A stretch of DNA of 64,000 bases from Sphyrna mokarran (lineage: Eukaryota): the NCBI GenBank assembly GCA_024679065.1, contig JAGIQG010000014.1:47368001-47432000 (forward strand). Direction: 5' to 3'. The position numbers and the translations under genes are program-made. This document shows positions 1 to 12,719 of this stretch, piece after piece. Numbering within the stretch: position 1 is the stretch's first letter; every line of letters begins with the position of its first letter. The notes below the pieces were generated by a model. That model did not search any database. It was not told the DNA's origin and saw only the letters and a list, made by a program, of their open reading frames with translations.

Positions 1-109
1 AGCGTGCAAGAAACAATACTTTTTGCTATATAATGCATGTTACTAATAAGCAAATCAAACTATACAGCAAATTTTGGTGCATTCTGCAAATTCTCTAATC
101 ATGCCTCAT

Positions 110-960
110 ACATTTATGACATTAACTTATACAGACTAGATCCCAACATGGAGCCCACTGCAAACCATTTCTCATTCGCAAAAGCACTTATTGACTGCTA
201 ATCTTTGTTTCATATCATTGATCCTATTTTGGATCCAATTCACCACTTTCTGCTCTTACTCATGTGATTTCACTTAACTGTCTAGTCTGCCAAGTCAATG
301 TCTTACTAAAATCTATGTAGACAACATCCACTGTGCTACCCTCATTAATCCTCCTTGTTACTTCCTCAAAAATCTGATTAAGTTAATAAAGCATGACCTT
401 CCCCAAATAAAATCATGCTGGTTCTTCCTGTTCAATCTGTGTCTTCCTAAGTGACAGTCTGTCCTGTGTCTCAGAATTATTTCCAATAATTTGTCACCAC
501 TGGTCAGACTGACTGACCTATAATTTTTTGGCTTATTCTGTGCACTTCTTAAGTAATGGTACAATGTTCACAGGCATCTCATCTGTATCTAGTGAGGATT
601 GGAAAATGATACTACGAGCATTTCTTATTTCCTCCCTGGTTTCTATTAACAGCCTGGAATGCAATTTATCCAGCGCTGGTGATTTTAATCACCTTCAAGG
701 ACGTCAGTCCTTTCAATACCTTGTCCCATTGTGTTTGTTTAATATTTTGCATTCCTCTTTTAACTAGGATGTCTGCAACATCCACCTCTTTGGTCTCAAC
801 AGAGACAAAGTGCTCATTAAGAGCTCTAACCACATTTTCTGGATAAGTTAGCTTGTAAATCCTTGATCGTCTCTACTCTTTCCTCAGTTATTCTCTTAAT
901 GTACTGGAGAAACATCTTCGGGTTTTCTTTGATCTTACCTGCCAATACTTTTTCATATCT
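110..960 (-). mobile_element. Degraded CR1-clade (HER1-like) LINE, RT region
   Basis: Minus-strand translation PKNYRSVSLTS...NQHDFIWGRSCFINLI matches the CR1 RT motifs NYRPVSLTS and QHGF..GRSCLTNL; many disruptions. Confidence 0.85.
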
Positions 961-1613
961 TCTCGGCTTTCCTTATTTCCTTTTTTTTTTTTTGCTTCAG
1001 TTCTGTACTTTCTAAGTTTTGAACTTGTTATAATTGTCATAAGCTTTCTTCTTCTGTGTATGTCTGGATAGCCAATGGGCAGTACCAGCTTTTTTCTTTG
1101 TGGTGACCTGTTTACACTGTGCCTGTGGAATGACACTTCTGAATGCCTTCTACTGATTTGATATTGTTTTCCTTTCCAGGACCTGTATCCAGTCCACTTT
1201 TGCCAGTTCATCTCTCAACTTTGTAAAATTTGTCTTTTCCCCGGTTCGGAGCTTTTACTCCTGTTTTATCTTTGTCCTATTCCACATTGATGCTAAATCT
1301 AATTATATTATGGTCACTATTTTCAAAATGGTCCTCCAGCACTAATTCATCCATTTGTGCAACCTCAAGGGACTAACTCTCAAATTGCACCATATCCCCT
1401 GCCCCCGTTGTTCCATCTCATTATTTGGGGGTATGCTCCCAAGTGATGAAAAATAAAATGTTTTAAATTTCCAACAACAATTGAAGTGTAAAGGAATGAG
1501 ACTCCACACTGCCAACCAGTGAAAATGCTTTCTGAGAAGGAGTGCTGCAAGCTGCAGCCTTTCACCATGGCTAGAGCTCCACAATATCACAGTAAAAGCT
1601 TCCCAGCCTGTAA

Positions 1614-2162
1614 CAAAAACAAAGTGCTGGAAAATCTCAGTTGGTCTGGCAGCATCTGTGGGGAGAAAACAGAGCCAACGTTTCAACTCTGGATGACCCT
1701 TCATTGGTTCTGTTCTCTCCATATATGCTGTCAGATCACAGAGCCTATAAAAACTCTACAGTGCAGAAGAGGCCATCTGGCCCATCGAGTCTGCACCAAC
1801 CACAATCCCACCCTGGCCTTACCTACGTATCCCTACATATTTATTCGCTAATCCCTCTAACCTACGCATCGCAGGACATTAAGGGACAATTTTAGTATGG
1901 CCAATGAACCTAACCCTCACATCCTTGGACTGTGGGAGGAAACCAGAGCACCCAGAGGAAACCTACTCAGACATGAGGAGAATGTGCAAACTCCACACAG
2001 GCAGTGACCCAAGGCGGGAATTGAACCCAGGTCCCTGGACCTGTGAAGCAGCAGTGCTAACCAATGTGCTACCATGCCGCCCACACGGCATCTGTTGAGA
2101 TTTTCCAGCATTTTCTGCTTTTGTTTCAGATTCCAGCATTCGTAGTATTTTGCTTTTTTCTC
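1614..2162. mobile_element. Penelope-like terminal-repeat (pLTR) palindromic insertion, family A, interrupted by a SINE
   Basis: Left arm 1614-1703 (-) is inverted relative to the right arm 1704-1736 plus 2089-2162 (+). 12-bp TSD cccagcctgtaa at 1602-1613 and 2163-2174. Hammerhead-like UGAAGGGUCAUCCAGAGUUGAAACGUUGGCUCU on the minus strand. Confidence 0.75.
1737..2085 (-). mobile_element. HE1-like V-SINE with CR1/HER1-type tail
   Basis: tRNA-derived head (ggcatggtagcacattggttagcactgctgc), V-domain core (gtgtggagtttgcacattctc...ctggtttcctcccacagtccaa) and tail ...cttctgcactgtagag. Confidence 0.9.
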
Positions 2163-3439
2163 CCCAGCCTGTAAGTTAGTTTGAAGAAATGTTCCATGTT
2201 GTGTATTCACTCCTCAATGATCCTGTTGAGCTTTACGGAAATAGTTCTGTTGTCTGTTAAAGCCAAATTGCAGGGCTAAAGAGACACTTTATTACCTGTA
2301 GCATTATTCACTTACCTTCCAGACAGTTCCAACCAGTTTCTACATTTGCCTGCAAATTAGCATTAAGTGAAACCAGGAAGAAATCAGGATCCTGCCCCAG
2401 CGTCACTTTGAAAAGATTTCACTCCCCATGCACAACTAAACCCGTCTCCTATTGCTGGGTATATTTGGGAATACAGATTATTTTTATCTGAGTTATATAA
2501 AACTTCTATTCTCTCTGCTCTTGTTAGGTCTTCTAAACACTTGGACTGACTTTTCAAATTGGTTTTGTTAGCACAGATGCTGAGTTGTAAATGGAGCAAT
2601 TTGCATTATTGGTTAAAACAATCTGTGTACTCCAGTGGAAGCCGAACGCAAATGATTTGCAAACCACTCCAATTTACAATCCAAGCAGTGAAAATCCATC
2701 ATAATTACAGCAACAGTTGTGTTGGTGCGAGGGACAACTTCCAGACAATACTGATTTAGTGAGCATAATCCATCAAACTCCCATCTATTTCTGGTTACTG
2801 TCAAAGCAATACATTCACATTTTGAAGAAATCTTCATCTTTTGATTCTTCCTTTCTCCTGTCATTCATCTCAACCCGTCTGAGATGTACTTGGTGATTGT
2901 CATGGCACGGTTGCTGTGACCTGGTGTTTTGTCACTGAAATGTGAAATAATTTGTCAGTTTTTTGGCAGAGGAACAGTCAATAAGAAAATCACCGTTCCA
3001 CCAAAAGCAATCAATACATGTTAAGTACATGTTCTGCTTGATTAATTACAACACAGCCACATTACAGCCAATGAAGCACTTTTGAAATGTAGTCACTGGA
3101 CTAAAGTGCCTTGGGACACCCTGAGGTCATGAAAGGCACTAGATAAATCCAAGACTCTTTTTAAAAAAAAACTTGACAGTTACTTTTTGGAGCAGTACTG
3201 GAGCTGTTTATATTTAACTTGTTGCAGGGAATAATGATTTACCATTACTCCATCTTTGTTTTCAGTGATATTTATTAACTGCCTGCATGCTGATTGCTCA
3301 GTGTTTAAAGCTGGACCCATTCTTTCGGCAATTTTTAAGAATTTATGTAATCATGAAGCAAACAACTTCATTGCTTACGGTGCCCAGTCTTGCATCAGTG
3401 ATAAAATGATTCTAACCGAGAAAATAACCGGTTCTAACC

Positions 3440-3690
3440 CTATCCTGAGTACCAAATCAAGACTGAACCCTCAGTGCAGTAATGAGGGAGTGCTACATGT
3501 TAGAAGTGTCATCATTTGAATAGTACTTCAAACTGAGGTCTTCCCTGCCTAGTCAGATGGACACAGAAAATGCCATAATAATTTTTGGAAAACTCTTCCC
3601 CTATAATGCTGACCATTGATCCCCCTCCAATAAACATAATTAAAAATAGAATTTGGCTATTTATCTCCCTATTGTTTGGGGATAACTATT
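3440..3690 (+). mobile_element. Ancient Deu-domain SINE fragment (SacSINE1/AmnSINE1-like)
   Basis: cagtgcagtaatgagggagtgct...aaactgaggtc...tcagatggac resembles the Deu central domain; strongly diverged. Confidence 0.55.
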
Positions 3691-3843
3691 CAAAATTATT
3701 TTCAAATAAACATAATCTGAGGAATTCATAAAACTGTCAATCAAAACAAAGCTGTTAGTCTCCTTGACAGCTGTATCAACAACCCTTGCCAAGCTGACTC
3801 CAGTAATGGGGTTTAGTGCTTAGTCAAATATTCATAATGAGAT

Positions 3844-3965
3844 AAAAGCAAAATATTGTGGCTGCTGGAATCTGAAACAGAAAATGCTGGAAGATCTCAG
3901 CAGGTTTGACAGCAACTGTGAAAAAAGAATAGAGCCAACGTTTCAAGCCTGGATGACCCTTCATC
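3844..3965 (-). mobile_element. Penelope-like pLTR fragment, family A, single arm
   Basis: 9-bp TSD taatgagat at 3835-3843 and 3966-3974. Minus strand starts GAUGAAGGGUCAUCCAGGCUUGAAACGUUGGCUCU (hammerhead-like core, truncated at the 5' end). Confidence 0.75.
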
Positions 3966-4992
3966 TAATGAGATTCCATTTCACAACTCCATCAATGAAA
4001 TATCCAGAGCTGAATATATTAGAGACTTTGAAGTTGTAGAATAGATAGCCAAATATCTAATAACTGCAAATCAATTTGTAAAGAAAGCTGAAGTAACAAA
4101 AGAAGGGGATAATGGAGAACTCAGGACTGAGCAGCTGAGCTGACCTGACTGGAGGTAATCCTTTGGAAATGGGCTTACAAGCAAATAAACTAACCTCACC
4201 TAATATGCTCAAGGCTTTGATGACAGACGGCTATCTGTTTCACTGCTGTAAATGCTCAACTGATTTTGAAATAATATCAAAGGAATCAGCCATTTTTCGG
4301 TTATTCCAAAGATCCAAGAGATGGCTGGGCTGTCAGTCACTGTAAAGATCAAAGCACAGGGTCTAACTGATACATTCAAATCTGACTCTCAATACTGTTA
4401 AATGCATTTTCTGTTGCATAACGTACTCTAAAGCATCTGAACATGTTTACAATGCTGGTCAATTAAATGGTCATTTATCTCTTACGAACAAGTCCTTCTC
4501 AACAAAGATACTTAAACTACAGCATCAAATTATGACATGTGAAGTTGGCAATAACTTTTAAACTTACCTACCACTAGAACAGCCTTCCTCCATGGTTCAT
4601 CATCCATCCGATCTTGTATGGTCCACACAGGCTTCAGGTAATCGACAACTCAGTGAAATGCAAGATTGGGATGGACAGTCCTGATGGCAATTTGTGTGCA
4701 AGTTGGATCATAACAGCCATATTTTCTGTGCTGGTGAAAGTGACAGCTGGTGAGAATTGTTTGGCATCAGGTTAGCAAAACCCGGTTCTATATAGCTGCT
4801 GCACATGGCAAGACCCCTATCACAATTAAATTGAAATCTTTCCTTTGACAGATATGGGTTGTCATCAAATCTGACCTTTGTGATTGGTCTGGAAGCTGGG
4901 AAGCTCACGTTGTGGTTGAATAAAAGAACCATGGCAAAGCCCACTGTTAAAACAGTGGGTTCCTGAATGGCTCTGTTTAGATATAACTCCAC

Positions 4993-5095
4993 CTGTTAAC
5001 TGTGTTTCAGTTTACAGCGATGCTGCATGATCTGCTGGCTATTTCTAGCATTTCTGCGTTCACTTCAGATTTCTGTTCTTTACAATATTTTGCTG
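4993..5095 (+). mobile_element. Older diverged copy of the family A pLTR
   Basis: gttaactgtgtttc...gatgctgcatgatctgctggctatttctagcatttctg...ttcagatttc...aatattttgct is colinear with the copies at 2089-2160 and 59112-59240. Confidence 0.55.
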
Positions 5096-5479
5096 TTGCG
5101 TTAGTACCATTCACGCATTGACCAGCAGTGGGCTCTCAAGGTCTGGCCTATGAATCACAGAAACAGGTTTGGACTGACTGAGAACTCTTCTGTGTCAACC
5201 TTATATTTTGGAGAAGGCACAGGCAAAGTTACCTATGGTCACCAATTGTATATAGGAAACAAATTAGTCAGCAGGAGCACCCACTCGCTTTTGAAGAGCC
5301 ACATTGAATTCCTGTCCATTCAATCAAATACTGGACTTGAAATAAATCTCGCCTACTCAGTTTTTAGTGTTCTCTTTGTGTCTGGGCTATGATGTTAAGC
5401 CCAGATATTTGCCTAGTGGCAGAATCGACTCTGCTGCAGTTCTTATTTTAATACTTCAATTATTTGTAGAACTTTATAG

Positions 5480-6035
5480 AAAATAGAAGCAAGAGTAGGC
5501 AGTTTGGCCTTTCGAATCTGCTCTGCCCATTTGTTTTGATTAGGACTGATTATCAAATCCAATATCCTGATCCTTCCCCCCCCCCCACCAATATAGCTTG
5601 ATCTCTTTAACCCCATAGCTCTATTCATATTTCCTTCTTGAAATATCTCAATGTTTTGACCTCAGCTACTTCACGTGGTAGTGAATTCCACACAATTACT
5701 ATTCTCTGGATGAAGAAATTTCTCATTTCAGTTCTAAAAGGTTTGCCCCTTATCCTGAGACTATGATCCCTAGTTCTCGACTTCCCCATCATTGAGAACA
5801 TACTTTCTGAATCTACCCTATCTAATCATGTTAGAATTTTATAAATTTCCATGAGATCCCTCTCACTCTCCTAAACTCCAACGACTATAATCCTAATCGA
5901 CTTAGTCACTCCTCAAATGATGGATCTACCATCCCAGGAATCAGCCTGGTAAGCTTTCGTTGTGCTTCCTCTGTGCCAAGGACACCCTTCCACAGATAAG
6001 GACACTAAAATTGCATACAATATATGTGCATGGCC
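5480..6035 (-). mobile_element. CR1-clade LINE 3' fragment
   Basis: CR1 ORF2 C-terminal region and 3' tail (tagaagcaagagtaggc...ttggccttc on +). Confidence 0.85.
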
Positions 6036-6425
6036 TTTGCCAAAAAAAAGTGTAAATGGAAGGATTAATGACCTACTGCTTAATTAGCTAGCTAATTAGC
6101 CAGACCCTAAGGCAATAATCGGGCACTTAACTAGATTATAAAGAGTTGAATAGTGAGTTAAACATGTCTGCAATAAAGCTGCTAGGCAACAACACAAAGC
6201 ATTGTTTTTTGGATCCGACTATGAATGCTGGCTCCCATTAGTTCTTCAGCCAGGCACTGGTGACAATGCCTCAATGCAGACCCAAAAGCCGTGGATGGAT
6301 CACTGATTGTCCTAATCCAAGTCCAGGAGACAGAATCCACACAATGTAAACTTATTTAGTTTGTTAGATGGGTTGGACTTACAAGAAGGAAGAACAGTAT
6401 TATTGATTTTTGAAACTTACGAAAT

Positions 6426-6737
6426 ATCATAAAATTCCTACAGTGCAGAAGGCATTTGGCCCATTGAAGTCTGCACTGACAACAATCCCACCCAGGCTCT
6501 ATCCCAATAACTCTATACATTTATCCTGCTAATCCCCCTGACACAAAGGGGCAATTTAGCACAGCCAATCAACCCTATCCTTTATCTTTGGAGCATGGGA
6601 GGAAACCAGAGCACCCAGAAGAATCCTATGCAGACATGGCGAGAGCTTGCAAACCTGACCAAAAAGTGGGATTGAACCTGGGTTCCTGACACTGTGAGAT
6701 GGCAGTGCTAACCACTGTGTCGCTGAGCCATCCTGCC
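6426..6737 (-). mobile_element. HE1-like V-SINE
   Basis: Same head, V-core and tail as 1737-2085. Confidence 0.9.
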
Positions 6738-7384
6738 ATTCATGGGCCATCACAGTAAGAAGTCTGATAATACCAGATTTAAGTCTAACTGATTTATTTG
6801 ATAGTAAACTCTCAGGTTTTCAGGGTTTCTCCCTTTGTCAGATGAATGGAGAGTTCTGGCCTCAGACAGAGCATATAACAGCACACTTTACAGATTACTG
6901 ATTAGAATGCGAGTCTTTACAACTAACCTACTATTCAAGTCTTAAAGATGTGACAATATGAATGGAAAGAGCATTAAGCATAGGTTAAAGAGATGTGTAT
7001 TGTCTCCAGACAGTACAGTGAGTGAGGTTTTGCAAACCCAGGCAGCAGATAGTGCGACATGAGCTCAAGATCCCTGTTGAGACTACTACAACGGTACGAC
7101 AATGGACGAATGAACATTGCTCGACAATCACCAGGCAAGACTGTTCCCTTCCTGTTGGCGAACACTTCAGGGTCACAGATATTTGGCCTGTAACCTTCGG
7201 GTAAGCATGCTCCAAGGTAGCCTTCATGACACACAACAGCGCAGAGTCGCCGAGCAGAGGCTGATAGCCAAGCTCCGCACACATGAAGACGGTCTCAACA
7301 GAGATTTTGGGTTCATGTCACACTACCTGTAATCCCCATGACTTGCCTGGTTTTGCAAAACCTCACTTACTGTACTGTCTGGAG

Positions 7385-7563
7385 TGTAAATTTAAGGTGA
7401 GAGGGGAGAGGTACAAAAATGTCCAGAGGAGCAATTTTTTCACACACAAGTTGGCGAGTGTCTGGAACAAGTTGTCAGAGGTAGTAATAGAGTGGGTACA
7501 ATATTGTCTTTTAAGAAGCATTTAGATAGTTACATGGATAAGATGGATATGGACTAAATGCAG
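7385..7563 (+). mobile_element. CR1 3' fragment nested in the Penelope pLTR
   Basis: KFKVRGERYKNVQRSNFFTHK...WNKL is the CR1 ORF2 end; it is absent from the inverted arm. Confidence 0.85.
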
Positions 7564-7720
7564 ACACATCCCTTTAACCTGTGCTTAATGCTCTTTTCAT
7601 TCATATTGTTGGTATCTTCAAGATTTGAATAACAGGTTAGTTGTAAAGATTCGCATTCTAATCTGTAATCTGTAAACTGTCTGTGCTGTTATATGCTCTG
7701 TCTGAGGCCAGAACTCTCCA

Positions 7721-7757
7721 TTCACCTGACAAAGGGAGAAACCCCGAAAGCTTGTGA
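7721..7757 (+). ncRNA. Degenerate minimal type I hammerhead ribozyme motif
   Basis: UCAC-CUGACAA-A-GGG(AGAAA)CCCC-GAAA-GCUU-GUGA: stem I closes UCAC/GUGA and a palindromic AAGCUU takes the place of stem III. Core G8 is A at 7731, so it is predicted inactive. Confidence 0.6.
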
Positions 7758-9169
7758 GTTTACTATCAAATAAATTGGTTGGACTTAAACCTGGTGTTGT
7801 CAGACTTCTTGCAGTATTTACCCCAGTCCAACACTGGCATCTCCACTTCATGGACCATATCAACTGTTAGTGATCTCAAAGTATTATCCCAACACAGGAG
7901 ATTGCTAAGACGCCTCAAAAAAGGGCGCAAATGCCATCAATTGAATTTAATTACTGTTACCATTGAAAGTGATGTTGCTCACTCAAGCGCAGCTCCTGTA
8001 ACCATACACAGATCCACAGAGAAATGAATAAGTGTTGGTGTTGTTCACTTTATTTCCTCACGATGCCCCGAAACATTTCACATTTAATGTGCTTTTGAAT
8101 TGTTGCCTCTGTTATTACATAAGCAGATACTGCAGGCCAATCTTCACACTGTAAAGTGTCATAAATGATAGAGATAATTTATCAGTTAATCAGCTTTTGC
8201 AATGATGGATAATTTTGGGCCAGTGCAGTAGGAAATTTTCTTGCATTTTGGTTTCGTGGTAATTTCTATAGCCACCTGGGGATTCAGTCTTAACAAACCC
8301 TCAGTAATCCCTCCAGTTTCGGGTTCCAGCATGGGTTATACATTCTGAGATCAGAGTAATGTTTGAACACACAACCTTCAGATACAGAGGTGTGAGAGTG
8401 CTACCAAGCAGATATTTGTAAATTGTAATGCTACATGGTACATGCTCCATTTAGGTTTTGCTTTGTTTCTGGCAAAGGCCTAAAACAGATGTTTGGTGTG
8501 ATTTGAATGGGGAAAGGGCATACAGCTGGTTAAGGCAGAGGCCCCAGATACCTGGGCTACCATCTTTTCTTATCTGGCAGCACCTGTGCTACAGGGGAAA
8601 AAACAAAATGAGCAACATTATTCCTGAGAGTTGATCCTCATTGCCCTTGTATCCCCCTATTAAAGGTAATGTTATATGATAAAATATAATTTGTGGGTCT
8701 GTAGTGCACCCAACCAGGTAGTGGGCTCTTTTGCCTTAGGAAAATGTGGTTGTGAGATTACAACAGAATAAAAAATTTGAAGTAATTGGATGTTGTGTTT
8801 TATTGTTATGCTGCACCATGCCTCAGTCGATCCAAGCTTTATCCCATTGGTAATTTGAGAATGCAGCATTTTACTTTCTTTGTTGATCACAAAAGTGTTA
8901 TTAGCTGAGAGAGACAAAATGACACTTATCTATCTCATTATAAATAAAACAATTTTTTGTTTACTTAACAAGAAGATTTGGCTGAAGTTATACGTACTTT
9001 GCATTCCTTGAGTTCCTACAGTATCAAATAATATTCAAGATTGAATATCCGGTAGTGCATATGGATTCATATTGTAATTTTTCTACTTTTTAGTAAGTAG
9101 ATACAGGCCTTAATTTTTCACCCGTCAGGCATATGCACTCAGCAGGCCGGGAAGTGATGTAAACCATAC

Positions 9170-10320
9170 TCTGGGTGATGGAGGTTACAGAGGTAGAAAG
9201 AATGGGGGCACAGAGAGATTTGAAAATAAGGATGATCATTTTAAAACTGAGATTCCACTTGAGCAGGGGCGAATGTGATCTGGGTGATGGGTGAAGAGGA
9301 CTTGGTGGGAATTTGGACATGAAAAGCAGAGGTCTGAATGAATTCAGGTTTATGAGGGTAGATGGTGGGAGACAGACTATGACTGCAATAGACTAATAAA
9401 GCCTAGAGGTAACACTCGTGTGGATGATGGTTTTAGCAACAGATGATCTGTGGCAGGTGTGATGTCGGACACAGGTAACAGACAATCTTATTGTTTGCGC
9501 AATCATACAATCAAAATCTAATCCAACAGAACACCCAAGTTTATAAACAGTCCAGTGCAGCCTCAGACGCTTGCAGGAAGAAGAATGGAGTTGGTTGCTA
9601 GGGAGCTGATTCTGAAGATCTGTTTTCCAGAGATTTAGTTGCCAGAAATTTCTGTTCACCCAGGACTGGATGTTGAACAAACAGTGTGACAATATAGGGT
9701 CTATGGTGGAAGCAGTTGAGGTAATGGTGAGATAGAACTGGATATTATCAGTGTACATGTGAAAACTGAACTTAGGCTTGATTTTACTGGTGTAAGTTGC
9801 TGAGTTTTGATTGAGTTACAGTCTTATTCTGTGTTTTTAGATGATGCTGCTGAGTTCAGGGGATAACTGAGAAGAAAGGTGAGTTTAGCGTAGATCATTC
9901 AGGGACATCAGAGGGAATGATGTGGGAGCAGAAGGTTTGCAGGTCATTCTTTGGCTGCATTTAGATGGATGAGAATGGGACTAAGTAGGCATAGCCCCTT
10001 TATGTGAGGTGGAGAGGCATCGGAAGACAATGTGTGGTCAGCTGTGTCCAAAGCTGCAGACAGATCTAGAAAGATGAGGAGGAATACATTGTCATTGTCA
10101 CAGTCATATGGGATGTTATTTGTGACTTTGATAAGAGCTATTTCAATACTGTGACAGGCGCAGAAGCCTGATTGGAGAGACAAAAACATGAACTTCAGGA
10201 AAATGGCAATATGGTTTTGGGAGGTGACAACATGTTCAAGGACTTACGGAGAGAAAATGAAATTGAACTGTAGTTCACAAGGGTTGGGTTTTTTTTGAGG
10301 AGAGGGGTGATAATAGATTA
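9170..10320 (-). mobile_element. Old L2-clade LINE, RT fragment
   Basis: LQSGFCACHSIEIALIKVTNNI...LLIFLDLSAALDTADH and YTDNIQFYL match the L2 RT motifs QSGFR..HSTETAL, LDLSAAFDTVDH and YADDTQLY. Confidence 0.85.
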
Positions 10321-11182
10321 CTATGCAGTTCAAATATTAAAATATCAGAGTGGTTAATATCAACCATTGTCAAGTACAAATCAAAAGCTGAACAAATCAT
10401 TTAGAAAACATTGCTAATATATAGTGCACCTGAATATTAAATAATTTCTTGTATTTTCCTGTATAAACACATTCAAAAATTCTTCTGTGGTACAAATGAA
10501 GAATTCTGCATGGTTAAATCAGCAAAACTGGGTTGTGACAGGAATATCCAACACTTCTTGTAATTGTGGACGAATATCAGAGAAAATGGTGTGAATACTC
10601 ATTGGGGACCCCCACTTTCCTTCCAGTACTGATAGTCTGCATAGAAGAAAATAGCAGTTTGTGTCAGTGCTGTGATTTCAAAATGTATTTTACTGATCTT
10701 GCTTTCAAGAAAATTGGTGAGTAAAATGGTAGGAAATTAAGAAAAAACACTGAACTTCTTGTGAAGGAATACATCCTTAATGTCTTAACTGAAAGACCCA
10801 AGATGAATTGATTCTTTTCCTCATAGATATCTAGGGTGGAACTTTACCAAAAATCTCTCATTCATTATGTGTGTGAACTTGATTACATCGCTGGCGAGGA
10901 ATGGCAAGAATCAGAGATTGTAAATCACTGGTGAGATTCGCAATTTCCGGGTTTCACCGGTCTTGAGCCCCTGCCACCATTTCCGCAGATGGAAAGTGTG
11001 AGCTTGGGATCACCCCCACTGTCCCTTCATGTACATAGAAATTCAGTGCTGGTATCATGGGTCTGTAGCCTGTTTTTCTTGTTGTGTTTTAAGAGTTTGG
11101 CAATGAGGTAACCACGTTAGTTGTTTCACCGACAGGACTATGTGAAAATCCATTTGGATTCATCTGGTTCTGTTGGGGAGTG

Positions 11183-11342
11183 GGGCGGTGATTCTCTGGC
11201 CACCCTGTGGCATTTTACTCATGGCGGGAGATCACATGCTATTCACCAGCTCCCACCATTATCAGTGGGATTTCCCATTGACTCTGTGTCCATCAGCGGG
11301 ACGAGAAAATCCCACCGGTCTGAACAGCTGAAGAATTCTGGC
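11183..11342. mobile_element. Short MITE-like element (Harbinger-like termini)
   Basis: Imperfect terminal inverted repeats ggcggtgattctc...gaagaattctggc and internal gtgggatttccc/gaaaatcccac symmetry. Confidence 0.5.
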
Positions 11343-12330
11343 TGAGAGTGAGAGGGAATGATTTATAAACAACAGTTTTAGCTGAGAGCATATCCTGAAA
11401 CTGCAGTATGAATATCAAATCCCAGCTGCAACTTGTCAAAGGACTTATAAAACAAAATGAAATGATCCATGCACAATTCCTCTTTGACAGATCTTTAACA
11501 GATATGAAGTTAGTTGAATTTCATAAATGCATTCTAATTCTTTCAAAAAAGACAGAGGATTGGCAAATCATAAATATCGGATGCTGAATAAAAACCTACC
11601 TCATTATTTTGCCCCTCCCAGCAATATAGTTCTTTTTGAAAGTTCATGGTTTAACATAAATATTAAGGTTACAGAAGATCACTTTCACTGTTTCAGTCCT
11701 TCGAAGCCTGGCAAACTGCAGCATGAATTCAAAATTATTTTGATTTGCATAGAATCGTCCAAATATATGCTTTGCTGAATATTTTTGAATTCAGTATCAA
11801 TAAATTCCATTAAGACTTTCCTGATCGCAAATTAATCACTTCATATGCTGCGTTTCCTTTATGGCTTTACATATTTGAACATGTTGGGGACGGGGTGGTT
11901 GATAGCAAGCTGGAAATTTTTACACTGCACTCTCCCCTGTGTGGGGTACGTCTTGCTGCTTCACCTTTTAGTAAAGCTGGCAAATGGATTTTTGGAATTA
12001 CTGGAAAGTGCAGCGTTCCTGGGGATTGAGATGGCTGCACCACAGTAAAGACCTAACACCAACTAAACAAAAATAAAAGTGGCTATGGTTATATAAGCCT
12101 AGAAAAACCATGGCTGAAATCCTCTCATCCTGCAACAAGCTGGCAGAGGTATGACATGATTGGATTGTCCACATGATCCACAATGCAAAAAAATCTTTTG
12201 TTGAAATTGCAGAATTTACTAATGGGTAGATTTACTTCTTTGAATAGAAACTGGTCAAACATCTGGATCGTTGATCTTAAATTTTTATGCAATTCCGCCA
12301 ACATTAATTAACGTTGGACTCTTGTTCTCT

Positions 12331-12643
12331 TAGAATCCTTACCGTGCAGAAGTAGGAGATTCGGTCCATTGAGTCTGCACTGACAACAATCTCACCTAGG
12401 CCCTTTCCTTGTAACCCCACGTATCTACCCTGCTAATTGCCCTGACACTAAGAGGCAATTTAGCATGGCCAATCAACCTAACCTGCACATCTTTGGACTG
12501 TGGTGGGGGAGTCTAAAGCACCCAGAGAAAACCCACGCAGACACAGGGTGCAATTTCCATGCAGACAGTGACCGGAGGCTAGAATTGAACCGGGTCTGTG
12601 GCACTGAGGCAGCAGTGCTTACCACTGTATCACCATGCCACCC
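12331..12643 (-). mobile_element. HE1-like V-SINE
   Basis: Head, V-core and CR1-type tail as in the other copies. Confidence 0.9.
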
Positions 12644-12719
12644 GCACTGCGCAATGTTGTTAAGGTGACTGTGGTTTAAAAAAAACAATGATTTATTTCT
12701 ATCTTTATTATTTTAGTAG

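Larger units (their letters stand above)
6751..7846 (+). mobile_element. 5'-truncated Penelope-like element (family B) with GIY-YIG endonuclease C-terminus and inverted pLTR
   Basis: 7081-7332 encodes ETTTTVRQWTNEHCSTITRQDCSLPVGEHF/GH...RRVAEQRLIAKLRTHEDGLNRDFGFMSHYL* (one frameshift), the R..EH...E..GLN pattern of PLE GIY-YIG domains. 6752-7084 is an inverted copy of about 7290-7812. TSD ttcatgg(g/a)ccat at 6739-6750 and 7847-7858. Confidence 0.85.

Noticed and set aside
7721-7757. Active sense-strand ribozyme cleaving the host pre-mRNA
   Set aside because: G8 is replaced by A; every other copy in the window also lacks part of the core.
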